Shown piece after piece: positions 26,496 through 36,305 of a DNA stretch of 64,000 nucleotides. Each line of letters starts with the position of its first letter. The stretch's first letter is position 1. The notes beneath the pieces are model-generated. The model was given only the letters and a program-made list of their open reading frames with translations, had not been told where the DNA came from and did no database searches. Source of the stretch: a virus. Both the position numbers and the translations under genes were made by a program. The stretch is from IMG/VR virus record IMGVR_UViG_3300044816_000098, positions 64,001 to 128,000 of that record. One strand, given 5' to 3'.

Positions 26496-27782
26496 ATGAC
26501 GGATCTGTGGACCGAGGCATCTCGGGACCTGGAGAGCGAGGGGCGTCAGCACGCCCTGGAGATGGCCAAGCATGCGTCCAGCGGCATCTGGGGGTTCCTC
26601 GCGCAGGCGCAGAGCCCGGTGGAGTACGCGGACCGGCTCGACCTCGCTCAGAACCAGATCGCGGCGGTGGCGTCTTCGACCGGCGCCCCGCTGGAGGACA
26701 TCCTCGCCGTCTTCGAGCAGCGGTTCGCCCTGCTCCACGAGGCCGACAAGAACCCCTTCGGTGACGATGACTCCGACAAGGACGACTCGGACGACGACGG
26801 GGACGGCAACGACGACGATGACGGCGCCAATGCCGACAAGGGTGACGAGACGGACTCGGGTGGTGACACCGACGATTCCGATGACTCGGACACCAACGAC
26901 GACGACGACGACGACTCGGATGACGACGGGGATGACGACTCCGACGACAAGGGCGACAAGGGCGACAAGGACCAGGACGACCCTGGCGTGAGCGACGACG
27001 GAAGTGACGGCTCCGCGCCGTTCCCGCCGTTCAAGAGTTCGGCCCGGTACGCGAACCTCCTGAGCCGCATCGAGTCCGGCGAGAACCCCATGAGCTGGGG
27101 TGGGAGCGCCCCTTTCGTCAGCAGCCCTAGCCGCAAGACAGCGGCCGGGGCGATCGACGACACCGTGTCCGACTCCAACGTCCCTCAGGACACCGGAATG
27201 GACGAGGGGCCCTCTGCGGGCATGGGAATGCCTGCTGCACTGCCGGAGACCACCAAGCCCCGCCAGCTCCCTGCCGGGGGCACGGAGGGGCTGGACACCG
27301 GCGGGGGAGAGCCTTTGGATCCCGCGCTCAACGGCGGGGACATCGGTGCGGGTGCGGACAGCCCTCCGGACACCCAGCGGGAAGCGGCTCTGTCGCTGAT
27401 CGTCAAGGAGGTCCAGCGGTACAACCCGGGCCTGTCCAACCAGCAATGCGCCAAGGTCGCCTTCCAGGTGATGTCCCGTTACCTGAGTAAGCAGGCCGAG
27501 GACCTCTCCCCGCTGCTGTACGGCGACCGGGGCGCGGTGCCGGACGGACCGGTCACCGACGCGGTCAAGAAGTGGCAGCCGCCGGACCCGAAGGTTCCCG
27601 GCGCCCCCAAGGGCGGCGGTACGGGCACGGAAGCGCCTGGTGGTGGCGGAGGGATGCCGGGAGGCCCCAAGGCCCTCATGGGCGGCGGTGAGGCCGCCGG
27701 TGCCGCTGGCGCGGGAGAAGCGGCCGGTGCCGCCACGATGGGCGCCGAGGTCGCAGAACTCGCACCCCTGCTGCTGCTGTAG
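26496..27782 (+). CDS. putative head-associated protein with Asp-rich tract
   Basis: Long ORF; acidic tract about 26760-27000. Confidence 0.8.
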   Translation: MTDLWTEASRDLESEGRQHALEMAKHASSGIWGFLAQAQSPVEYADRLDLAQNQIAAVASSTGAPLEDILAVFEQRFALLHEADKNPFGDDDSDKDDSDDDGDGNDDDDGANADKGDETDSGGDTDDSDDSDTNDDDDDDSDDDGDDDSDDKGDKGDKDQDDPGVSDDGSDGSAPFPPFKSSARYANLLSRIESGENPMSWGGSAPFVSSPSRKTAAGAIDDTVSDSNVPQDTGMDEGPSAGMGMPAALPETTKPRQLPAGGTEGLDTGGGEPLDPALNGGDIGAGADSPPDTQREAALSLIVKEVQRYNPGLSNQQCAKVAFQVMSRYLSKQAEDLSPLLYGDRGAVPDGPVTDAVKKWQPPDPKVPGAPKGGGTGTEAPGGGGGMPGGPKALMGGGEAAGAAGAGEAAGAATMGAEVAELAPLLLL

Positions 27783-27789
27783 GAGAAGC

Positions 27790-28275
27790 ATGATCCAGGA
27801 CGGCTGCCGGGTGACGTATACCGGCCTCGGGGAGCACCCGCTCGCCTTTGACGACCAGGGAACGGTCCTGGTCGTCTCCGGCACCGCCGCTCACGTCCAG
27901 TGGCGGACGGGTGCTCTCAAGGGCGGGGTATCCCTTGTGGATACCAGGGATCTCGATCCCGTCTCCGGCAGCCGTCCACAGGCTGTGGAAAACGCTCTGG
28001 ACGACTCTCTGGACATCGCGGGACTGGGTACCTTCACCGCCCGCCAGATCTACGACGAGGGTGGCTCCGAGGCCCTGCTTAACGCCATGGTGGAGTCCGG
28101 CCACCTGTCGTCCTTCGGCAGCATCGCCGAGGAGGCCCTGACGCTCGTCGAAGGGCGTATCAGGGCCTCTGCGGACTTCCATGCCGTGACCAGCCATCTG
28201 GACGAGACCGAAGCCGATGAGCTGGTGCGTATGGCATCAGCCGCGCTGATCCGGGACGCCTTCAGCCCGGACTGA
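27790..28275 (+). CDS. hypothetical protein, SH3-like N terminus
   Basis: AGGAG RBS; GCRVTYTG..GTVLVV..HVQW. Confidence 0.7.
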   Translation: MIQDGCRVTYTGLGEHPLAFDDQGTVLVVSGTAAHVQWRTGALKGGVSLVDTRDLDPVSGSRPQAVENALDDSLDIAGLGTFTARQIYDEGGSEALLNAMVESGHLSSFGSIAEEALTLVEGRIRASADFHAVTSHLDETEADELVRMASAALIRDAFSPD

Positions 28276-28308
28276 TGTCCACCCCTTCACATCTCCCCGG
28301 AAGAGGTG
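28275..28308 (+). promoter_or_regulatory. late-gene motif
   Basis: ATGTC-N20-GAAGAGGTG. Confidence 0.7.
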
Positions 28309-28318
28309 GAGGTGGGTC

Positions 28319-31300
28319 GTGGCCAACAGGACATGCGAACGGTGCGGGGGAAAGGCATCCCCGTGGATCCCGCGCAAGCGGAGCACCCAGGGGCAGATGC
28401 TCTGTGACGGGTGCACCCAGGTCGTGGCCCGGGAGCGTGTGTCCGCGAGGACCGCGAGCACGGATCCGGTGGAGGACCGCCAGCCCGCCGGGAGTGCTAC
28501 CTCGGACTTCGGCTGGGACAACGACCTCGGGCCGGAGGGTGTCCATCCCCTCATGGCCCCGCTGCCGAACTCCATGTGGGAGCGCTTCTCCAAGAAGCAG
28601 GAGCTGCGCGGCAAGCCCCTGGTGCCCATGGCGAGCCAGATCAAGATCAACCAGAAGATGCGCGGCGAGAGCGGGGGTAAGACCGCCGCGCTCAAGACGG
28701 CGGACAAGGACCTCTCTCACAACGCGCATACGGTGACCCCGGGCAAGGTGATGACCAAGCACCTTGAGGAACACCACGATCTGCCTTACGCAGAGGCGTA
28801 TGTCCATGGTTACGGCGCGAGCAAGCACCTGGAGCTGCACAACTCCGGCGCCGATCACACCCATGACCCCTCTGGCGCCGTGGTGCCCAATGCTCCTCAT
28901 GCACACACGAAGATGTCCGAGAAGGAGTTGGACTCCCACCTCACGGAGCACCACGGTCTGCCCGCCGCCTCGGTGAAGACGCTGAAGAATTTCCTGAACC
29001 CGGGACAGACCATGCATGGCCTGCATGCCGGGTACCACGAGGACCCCAATTCACCTGCTGCCCCCACGATCTCTCACAAGCACTCTGGAGAGGACTTCAG
29101 CAGCTCTCCTGAGGTCAACGGGAAGAAGCAGTCTCCTCACCCCGGCTCGATGACGTCCGGCGGTCTGAAGGCCCACCTGCTGGCCGACCACGACATGCCC
29201 GGCGACCACATCGCCAACGCGATCGACGCCACCGCCAAGGGCGCGATGCCGATCGAGACCATGAAGGCCCTGCACGACAAGGCGCACTCCCAGGGCATTG
29301 GGGTCGACAGTCACGAGCACGCCGAGGGGTGGGACCACCAGAGCTTCGTTCACCAGGACCCGCACGGGGTGGACGAGCACCTCGGACACCTCAAGCACGC
29401 CCACGGCATCGGGGACGAGGAGCTGGCCCAGAAGGCCGAGGCGTCCGGCGGGGACCCGGAGCTGCACCACCAGAAGCTGAAGGAACTCCACTACGACCTG
29501 CACGACCATGACGCCGGGTCGTACATCAAGCACGGGGCCCCGAACCACACGCACAGCGGGCACTCGGATGTGGGCCAGGCTTTCCTCGGAAGCAAGGGTG
29601 GGGATAGCGAGTACGAAAGTGGGGCGCATCTTCAGCATTCGCATGGACTGTTGGTGAAGGACCTCACCGATATCACCAAGTCGGAGCCCGACTACATCTC
29701 CCCGCAGCAGGCGTACGAGACGGCCCACGCGGCCCTCCACGCCAAGATGGGGGAGAACGTCGATCACCAGCACGTGCCGACGATCAAGGAGGGGGTGAAG
29801 ACCCCCGAGAAGATCGCCAAGGAGAAGATGGTCCAGCACTTCAAGGACCATCACCCTGAGGTATCCGACCCCGACCACATGTCGGTGGGCAGTCATGCTT
29901 CTCTCCATGACCCAGAGGCGTGGGGCTACAAGGGCCACCCCGGTCACGAGCACGAGAACGGGTGGGCAGGGAAAGTCGTCAAGGCCCTTCCCACGGAGAA
30001 GTCAGGGAAGCCCCTCACGCACGCTCACGCGTCGGACATGAGCCACAAGCAGCTCAAGGGCCACTTGATCATCGCCCACAACAACACGGGCGACGATCTG
30101 CACCTGAAGTCGCACAGTGAGCTGTTGCAGCAGCACGCCACCGAGCACGCGACCGGCGCCGCCACGAACCCCTGGAACGAGGGAGAGAAGCTCCCCGCGC
30201 ACAACCACGGGATCTCGCAGAGCGGCCACGACGCCTTCGGGCGCAAGCTCTACGGTGGCGACGAGCCGGAGCCGAACGCCAAGATCCACCCGGCGGTCGA
30301 GGACGAATCCGGCGCGCTGGCGCACATCATTCAGCACCACCCCAACATCTCGGCAGAGACCTACGACACGTACAAGGGCGGGGACAACCCGCAGAAGTCG
30401 ATGCAGAACTTCCACGCGAAGCTGCATGCAGGGAACACGGGACTCCCTGCGGCCCCTGACGGGCACGAGCACGCCGAGAAGCAGGGTCCTTCGACGCACA
30501 TCCCCATCGGCTCCCACCTGGTCTCCCACCACGGGATGTCGCAGGAGCAGGTGGCCTCGATGTCGCCTGCGGAGTTCAAGGCCCACCACGAAGAGCTGCA
30601 CACCCGACATGAAGAGGCGGACCTCGGACACGGCCACATCACGCCGGGCGGCAAGGTCCGGGGACCCATCGACTCCGCAATCAACCCGCACCACGCGAAG
30701 ATGCGGGAGAACCCCGACCACCCTGCGGTCACCGAGTGGTACCACGGCACGAGCAACGACTTCGAGGGTCCGCCGAAGAACGCCACCGAGCTGATGGAAG
30801 ACCATTCTCAGTGGGGCAACTACGGCGGCGGTGACTGGAACAACCACGCCGGAACCCACTGGTCCTCGCTCCACGACATGGCGAGGAACTTCGGCAGCGG
30901 GGACAACCGGGTCGTCCACGCCAAGCTCCACATGAAGAACCCGATCACCTACAACTCGCTGAACCACATGTCCCACGACGCGTATGACCGTCTCCACGCG
31001 TCCGGCGACATGCAGGACGGCGGGGAGTTCCTGGGCAAGCACGACGACGACAACGGCTACAACGAGTGCTGCTCAAAGCCCCTGCTCCACTACGCCAAGG
31101 GCGGCCACCGCTCGGACGGCAAGTACGGCATGGAGCGGTACCGGGACTCCCTGCGGGCCTCCGGCCACGACGGGATCCTGGTCCGGAACCAGGCGGACGA
31201 CCCCTCTGGCCACTGGAACGCCATCCCGTTGCACGCGGACCAGGTGGAGATCACCCATGGGTCCTGCCATTTCGAGCACGGTGATGAGCGGGACAACGAC

Positions 31301-32923
31301 GTAGCCGAGTTCAACGCCAACAAGAAGAAGCTCACGGAGGGCTGGGAGCACCCCAAGCACTTCGACTCGATGGCCTACACCAAGGGCAAGCCGCTTCCGG
31401 ACGTTGACGACGTCACCGCCGCGCACGAGCGCAAGAAGCAGGCGCCGGAACCCACCCACATTCGGGAGGGCCGAGGAGAGCGCCGGGGTGACGCGAACCC
31501 TAATCTCAACGGCCGCGACCTCGGTGGTGGGGGTGGTGACGATGATGACGACTCCGACGAGGACGAAGAGCACTTCTGCTCGCACTGCGACGAGTACGGC
31601 GACCACACCTCTGACAACTGCGACAACAAGTGGTGCAAGGTCTGCGACACCCACACCTCCCACACGGCGGAGGAGGAGCACCCGTACTGCGATCACTGCG
31701 ACGACTACGCCGACCACGACTCCGATGACCACGAGGACGAGTGGGGAGAGCACCCCGACAAGATGAAGAACGAGGGCTACTGCCCTCATTGCGAGGAGTC
31801 GACCAAGCAGAACTACGGCGAGGACAAGTGCACCTCCTGCAACGAGAAGCTGCCCGACTGGGGCCACATGGCTTCGCACGGCACGCCGATCAAGAAGGGG
31901 CAGTACAACAAGTCCGGCCACTCCGCCATAAGCGGGACGAAGGTCGACGCCCTTGACGAGGACGAGGACCCCGAGGAGAACTCTCTCGGTTACGGGTCCG
32001 GTCTTGCCGCGCACCTCTACCACCACCACGGTGCGGAGGTCGGGGGCAAGGAGTTCGACAAGGACGACGACTGGGACGAGGACGCCCTCGAAGCCCACCA
32101 CGCCCACCTGCACCTCGATCCGGCATGGGCGAAGGACGCGGGTTTCAAGACGGGCACCCACAGCCACAAGCAGAAGTTCGGGGAGTTCAAGAGCCACGAG
32201 TCGATGACTCCGCACGAGATCCACGCGCACATGATGCTGGGTCACGCAGGAGATCCCTCTACGCCGGGCTATGCCCCGATGGGGGACATCTTCAAGATGA
32301 GCCCCGACGAGGCAGTGAAGGAGCACCAGAAGCTCCACGCGACAGACGACGCCGTTCCGTGGGGGCAGAAGGACGAAGACGACAACATCAAGGCGAAGGT
32401 GGACCACCACCACCAGGTGCCTGATAAGCAGCCGTCGAACGCTCCTGCGGGCCATTCGCCGACCGGGGACGAACTGATCAGCCACCTGAACGAGAAGCAC
32501 CTCAAGGTGCCGGTATCGCTCAAGTCCGCCCTGAAGAAGCACCCCGAGACGGCCGATGCCCTGCACCAGCAGATGCACGACTGCAAGGGTCCCGCCGCGA
32601 GTGAGCTGGGCAGCAAGTACCACACGCACACGGCCAGCGAGGCGGAGGAGAACGCCGACAAGGGCGCCTTCCTCCAGCACCTCCAGGAGCACCACGGCTT
32701 CGGGGCCACGCACCACATGAACGAGCAGCTCCAGGGGATGACCTCCAAGGAGCTGGCCGCCCATCACGTCCAGGAGCACAACTCGATGTTCCCGATGGGT
32801 AACGACCCCGACCACAGCCACGCCAACAACGACCCGCACAGCGAGAAGTGGACCCAGCACGAGGCCCACAAGACATCGGCCCGGCTCTCCCTGGTCGACT
32901 ACTTCCAGGAGGCGGCGGTATGA
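28319..32923 (+). CDS. giant His-rich polyvalent protein with ADP-ribosyltransferase-like domain
   Basis: Repeated HLxxxH..HxxxH units; WYHGTS..HWSS..LHMKNP..GHDGILVRN; CxxC..H fingers. Confidence 0.8.
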   Translation: MANRTCERCGGKASPWIPRKRSTQGQMLCDGCTQVVARERVSARTASTDPVEDRQPAGSATSDFGWDNDLGPEGVHPLMAPLPNSMWERFSKKQELRGKPLVPMASQIKINQKMRGESGGKTAALKTADKDLSHNAHTVTPGKVMTKHLEEHHDLPYAEAYVHGYGASKHLELHNSGADHTHDPSGAVVPNAPHAHTKMSEKELDSHLTEHHGLPAASVKTLKNFLNPGQTMHGLHAGYHEDPNSPAAPTISHKHSGEDFSSSPEVNGKKQSPHPGSMTSGGLKAHLLADHDMPGDHIANAIDATAKGAMPIETMKALHDKAHSQGIGVDSHEHAEGWDHQSFVHQDPHGVDEHLGHLKHAHGIGDEELAQKAEASGGDPELHHQKLKELHYDLHDHDAGSYIKHGAPNHTHSGHSDVGQAFLGSKGGDSEYESGAHLQHSHGLLVKDLTDITKSEPDYISPQQAYETAHAALHAKMGENVDHQHVPTIKEGVKTPEKIAKEKMVQHFKDHHPEVSDPDHMSVGSHASLHDPEAWGYKGHPGHEHENGWAGKVVKALPTEKSGKPLTHAHASDMSHKQLKGHLIIAHNNTGDDLHLKSHSELLQQHATEHATGAATNPWNEGEKLPAHNHGISQSGHDAFGRKLYGGDEPEPNAKIHPAVEDESGALAHIIQHHPNISAETYDTYKGGDNPQKSMQNFHAKLHAGNTGLPAAPDGHEHAEKQGPSTHIPIGSHLVSHHGMSQEQVASMSPAEFKAHHEELHTRHEEADLGHGHITPGGKVRGPIDSAINPHHAKMRENPDHPAVTEWYHGTSNDFEGPPKNATELMEDHSQWGNYGGGDWNNHAGTHWSSLHDMARNFGSGDNRVVHAKLHMKNPITYNSLNHMSHDAYDRLHASGDMQDGGEFLGKHDDDNGYNECCSKPLLHYAKGGHRSDGKYGMERYRDSLRASGHDGILVRNQADDPSGHWNAIPLHADQVEITHGSCHFEHGDERDNDVAEFNANKKKLTEGWEHPKHFDSMAYTKGKPLPDVDDVTAAHERKKQAPEPTHIREGRGERRGDANPNLNGRDLGGGGGDDDDDSDEDEEHFCSHCDEYGDHTSDNCDNKWCKVCDTHTSHTAEEEHPYCDHCDDYADHDSDDHEDEWGEHPDKMKNEGYCPHCEESTKQNYGEDKCTSCNEKLPDWGHMASHGTPIKKGQYNKSGHSAISGTKVDALDEDEDPEENSLGYGSGLAAHLYHHHGAEVGGKEFDKDDDWDEDALEAHHAHLHLDPAWAKDAGFKTGTHSHKQKFGEFKSHESMTPHEIHAHMMLGHAGDPSTPGYAPMGDIFKMSPDEAVKEHQKLHATDDAVPWGQKDEDDNIKAKVDHHHQVPDKQPSNAPAGHSPTGDELISHLNEKHLKVPVSLKSALKKHPETADALHQQMHDCKGPAASELGSKYHTHTASEAEENADKGAFLQHLQEHHGFGATHHMNEQLQGMTSKELAAHHVQEHNSMFPMGNDPDHSHANNDPHSEKWTQHEAHKTSARLSLVDYFQEAAV

Positions 32924-33663
32924 CCGGTCAGGTCGCCCTGATCAATCCCGGCGTGATGGGACAGGCGTTCAAGGCGTGCCCAGGGCACTACCGGGAGTAC
33001 CTGTCCCACCTCGGCAGCGACGTGAGTCCTGGCACGGTCACCTATGTCCAGGGGGCGTGCGCGGGCTGCAAGGCCAACGGCACCCACCCGCTGGCCGGGG
33101 ACCAGTGGCCTTCGGTAGGAGACAAGATGAACGCCAGGGTCGGCTCGATCGGCAAGGAGGCCCACGACTCCGGAGACGGCGCCACGGTCTTCCACTGCCC
33201 CTTCTGCGGCTCCGGGCAGGTCATCGCCCGGTCGGACCGCACGATCGAGTGCGAGTACTGCCACACCTGCTTCACCGTCCAGGTCCAGCCGGTCTTCCCG
33301 TCCTTCCCGCAGACCATCGACGGCCAGCCGATGCAGGTGCCCGGCATGCCCGGCCAGATCGGTGGTCCTCCGGCGGCTCCTGGCGCCCCTCCCATGGATC
33401 CAATGGCCGATGCCGGGGGAATGGACCCCGCAGCGGCTGGGGGCTTCCCTCCGGGCCAGGAGGACCCCGAGGAGGGTGCCGCGCCGGAGGAGGACGACGA
33501 AGCCGGGGGAGACGCTCCTCCGTGGGTCAAGTCTTCATTCCGGACCGCCACCGGCGCGCTCCTGACGGGGGACACCTACCTCAAGCACCTGGCGATCAAG
33601 TTCGCCGGGGAGAACAAGGACTCCGTGATCGAGCGGGTCCGTACGGAAGGGACGAGCCGATGA
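32920..33663 (+). CDS. Zn-ribbon protein
   Basis: HCPFCGSG..ECEYC; ATGA overlap. Confidence 0.75.
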   Translation: MTGQVALINPGVMGQAFKACPGHYREYLSHLGSDVSPGTVTYVQGACAGCKANGTHPLAGDQWPSVGDKMNARVGSIGKEAHDSGDGATVFHCPFCGSGQVIARSDRTIECEYCHTCFTVQVQPVFPSFPQTIDGQPMQVPGMPGQIGGPPAAPGAPPMDPMADAGGMDPAAAGGFPPGQEDPEEGAAPEEDDEAGGDAPPWVKSSFRTATGALLTGDTYLKHLAIKFAGENKDSVIERVRTEGTSR

Positions 33664-33869
33664 CCGAGAGCGAACAGCGTGAGCTGTACGTCGTGATCGA
33701 CTACAAGGACCCCGAAGGTCAGGACCACGCCCGGGGGAGCAAGGTGAAGGTCAGCACCGAGGACTCCCTCGCCAACGAGCTGCTGTACCGGGGAGTCCTG
33801 TCCCTCAACCCCGTACGTCGCCAGGCGGGCGAGAACTCCGAGCGCGTAACGGGGGACAAGAAGAAGTGA
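33660..33869 (+). CDS. small hypothetical protein
   Basis: ATGA overlap. Confidence 0.7.
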   Translation: MTESEQRELYVVIDYKDPEGQDHARGSKVKVSTEDSLANELLYRGVLSLNPVRRQAGENSERVTGDKKK

Positions 33870-34198
33870 TCCCCGGGGAGGTCATCGGTCTGATCGGGGA
33901 GACTCCCTCGATCGTTCTGCCGGGACTGCCGACAGATCAGCACGAATGCCAGGGGGCGAAGTTCCACTCCCCTCGTCCGATGATCGTCCAGTCGTTCGAA
34001 ATAGCCCGGTCGGAAGACCAGGATGAGATCGTTTACCTCTGCGGCACCTGCACGGACAACGTCAAGGTGCTGCTGGCGTTGCTGAGGGCGCGCGGTGGCG
34101 ATGTCCCCTGGACCGTCAAGCGCTGCTTCGGCAACCTCGTTCGCGGTGTCGCCGAACAGGTGTACACCCACCCTGTGGAGGAGAGCCACCATGCCTGA
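33866..34198 (+). CDS. hypothetical protein
   Basis: GTGA overlap; LCGTC. Confidence 0.65.
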   Translation: MIPGEVIGLIGETPSIVLPGLPTDQHECQGAKFHSPRPMIVQSFEIARSEDQDEIVYLCGTCTDNVKVLLALLRARGGDVPWTVKRCFGNLVRGVAEQVYTHPVEESHHA

Positions 34199-36305
34199 GG
34201 ACCCGACCCCGGACGCCTACCAGCAGGCCGCCTTCAAGCGGCTGGGGGCCACTGTGAGCCGGGGTCGGTCCTCCTCCTCGGAGGGCAAGACCGACGGGAC
34301 CCCGGAGTCGCAGGAGATGCGGCGGAACCGACGGGTGGCTATGAACAAGACCGGCTCTGCCGCCACCCCGTCGACCGCCTTCGCCACCGGGCGCCCCCGG
34401 GACCCGTTGTTCTACTGGAAGCAGAACAACCTCCCGTACGAGACCGACGACGAGTCGCAGCTCAAGCAGCTCCGGATGTACTGCCGCCTGCTCTACCAGA
34501 CGCACCCGGTGGTGGCCTCGTGCATCGACATCTACACGAAGTACCCCCTGCTGGGCATGGAGCTGCGGTGCAAGGACGAACAGATCGTCAGCTTCTACGA
34601 GGACCTGTTCTTCAACGAGGGCGGGCTCAACTACGACGAGTTCCTCCTGGACGTCGGCCGCGAGTACTGGACCGTCGGCGAGGCGTGGCCCTTCGCGACC
34701 TTCAACGAGTCTCTGGGCATCTGGGACGACGAAGAGCTGCTGAACCCCGATGACGTCCTGGTGCAGCGCTCCGCGTTCCTCAAGGAGCCGCGCTTCCTGA
34801 TCCGGCTCCCCGAGACCCTGCGGACCATCATCACCAAGCGCTCCCCCGCGTGGGAGTACGAGAAGCTGATGAAGGTCTACCCGGAGCTGGCCCGGTACGC
34901 CGGGGCCGACGACATGATGCCGGTCTCGAACATCCTGCTGCGGCAGATGAAGTACAAGGCCGACACCTTCGCCAAGCGCGGCATCCCGATCCTCATGCGC
35001 GCCATGCGCGCGATCATGCAGGAGGAGATGCTCAACGCCGCTCAGGACGCCGTGGCGGACCGTCTCTACACCCCGCTGGTCCTGGTCAAGTTGGGCGCCT
35101 CCGCGACCGACCTGGGCACCCAGGTGCCCTGGATTCCGACCCCGGACGACCTCGAAGACTTCATGGAGTCGCTGGACGCGGCCCTGGCCGCCGACTTCCG
35201 CGCGCTGGTGCACAACTTCGCCGTGACCATGGAGCCGGTCTTCGGCCGCGAGAACATGCCCGACATGAGCGCGGACTTCGAGCGCCTGGAGGACCGGATC
35301 CTCCTGGCCTTCGGGCTCAGCAAGACCATGCTCTCCGGCGCCTCCTCCGGCGAGACCTACGCGGCCGACGCGATGAACCGCGACCTGGTCACCCAGCTCC
35401 TGACGACCTACCAGGACATGATCAAGCGCCACTTCCACCAGCGGGCCCTGGTCGTCGCCGAGGCCCAGGAGCACTACGACTACGACGAGCGCAACGGCAA
35501 GCGCTACGTGAAGATGGAAGAAGTCCTCGAAATCGACGAGGAGACCGGCGAAGAGCGCATCGTGGAACAACCGATGCTGCTGGTCCCCGAGCTGACGATG
35601 CAGACCATGAACCTCTCGGACGAGTCCGCCGAGAGGGAGTTCCTGGAGGCCCTGCGCGCCGCCGGGGTGCCGATCTCCATGAAGACCCGCCTGATGTCCT
35701 CCGGCATCGACCTGGACGACGAGATCGAGCGCACCCAGGACGAGCAGGTCCAGCTTGCCGTGGCGGAGCAGGAGACCCGGAAGAAGATCTACCAGGCCCT
35801 GAAAGACAAGGGACTCCCGCTCCCCGACGACCTGAAGACCGACTTCCAGCCGATGGCAGAGCAGATGCAGCCCCCGGCCAACCCGATGATGGGGATGCCG
35901 ATGCGCACCCCGATGCTGGGCACCGACGAGCTGGCCATGACCCCGAACCTCGCCCCGACCCAGATGGACCTGGCCGGGGACATGCCGTCCGGCGGGGTGC
36001 CTATGCCCGGTATGGACGCTCAGCCGGTGGACCCCTTCGCCGCTCCGGAGGAAGAAGGCACCCGGCCGGAGGAGAGCGACGAGCAGCGGGCCGGAATGCC
36101 CAAGCCCGCCAAGCTCTTCCGCCAGTCCGAGCGCACTCGCAAGCTCGCCCGCGAGAACTTCGTTCCCGTGACCCTCGATCCCGACATCCCGGTGGGCGAA
36201 CAGCCTCCGATGGGCAAGTTCGCTCAGCCGAAGGTCGTGGGCGTCCGGCGCCACATCGAGGTCGATCCCGCGACCTTCTTCGACCCCGAACTCCAGGAGG
36301 CGTAA
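34191..36305 (+). CDS. portal protein
   Basis: Size and position; LYQTHPVVASCID, EYWTVGEAW, RGIPILMRA, ILLAFGLS portal-like segments. Confidence 0.78.
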   Translation: MPEDPTPDAYQQAAFKRLGATVSRGRSSSSEGKTDGTPESQEMRRNRRVAMNKTGSAATPSTAFATGRPRDPLFYWKQNNLPYETDDESQLKQLRMYCRLLYQTHPVVASCIDIYTKYPLLGMELRCKDEQIVSFYEDLFFNEGGLNYDEFLLDVGREYWTVGEAWPFATFNESLGIWDDEELLNPDDVLVQRSAFLKEPRFLIRLPETLRTIITKRSPAWEYEKLMKVYPELARYAGADDMMPVSNILLRQMKYKADTFAKRGIPILMRAMRAIMQEEMLNAAQDAVADRLYTPLVLVKLGASATDLGTQVPWIPTPDDLEDFMESLDAALAADFRALVHNFAVTMEPVFGRENMPDMSADFERLEDRILLAFGLSKTMLSGASSGETYAADAMNRDLVTQLLTTYQDMIKRHFHQRALVVAEAQEHYDYDERNGKRYVKMEEVLEIDEETGEERIVEQPMLLVPELTMQTMNLSDESAEREFLEALRAAGVPISMKTRLMSSGIDLDDEIERTQDEQVQLAVAEQETRKKIYQALKDKGLPLPDDLKTDFQPMAEQMQPPANPMMGMPMRTPMLGTDELAMTPNLAPTQMDLAGDMPSGGVPMPGMDAQPVDPFAAPEEEGTRPEESDEQRAGMPKPAKLFRQSERTRKLARENFVPVTLDPDIPVGEQPPMGKFAQPKVVGVRRHIEVDPATFFDPELQEA

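Noticed and set aside
26760-27000. GAC-rich tandem repeat as a DNA element
   Set aside because: Encodes the Asp-rich tract of the 26496 protein
34850-36304. N-terminal 485 aa of the 1133-aa ORF as a gene overlapping portal
   Set aside because: Arg/Gly/Pro-rich off-frame read; the real start is ATG 36305 with a GGAGG RBS
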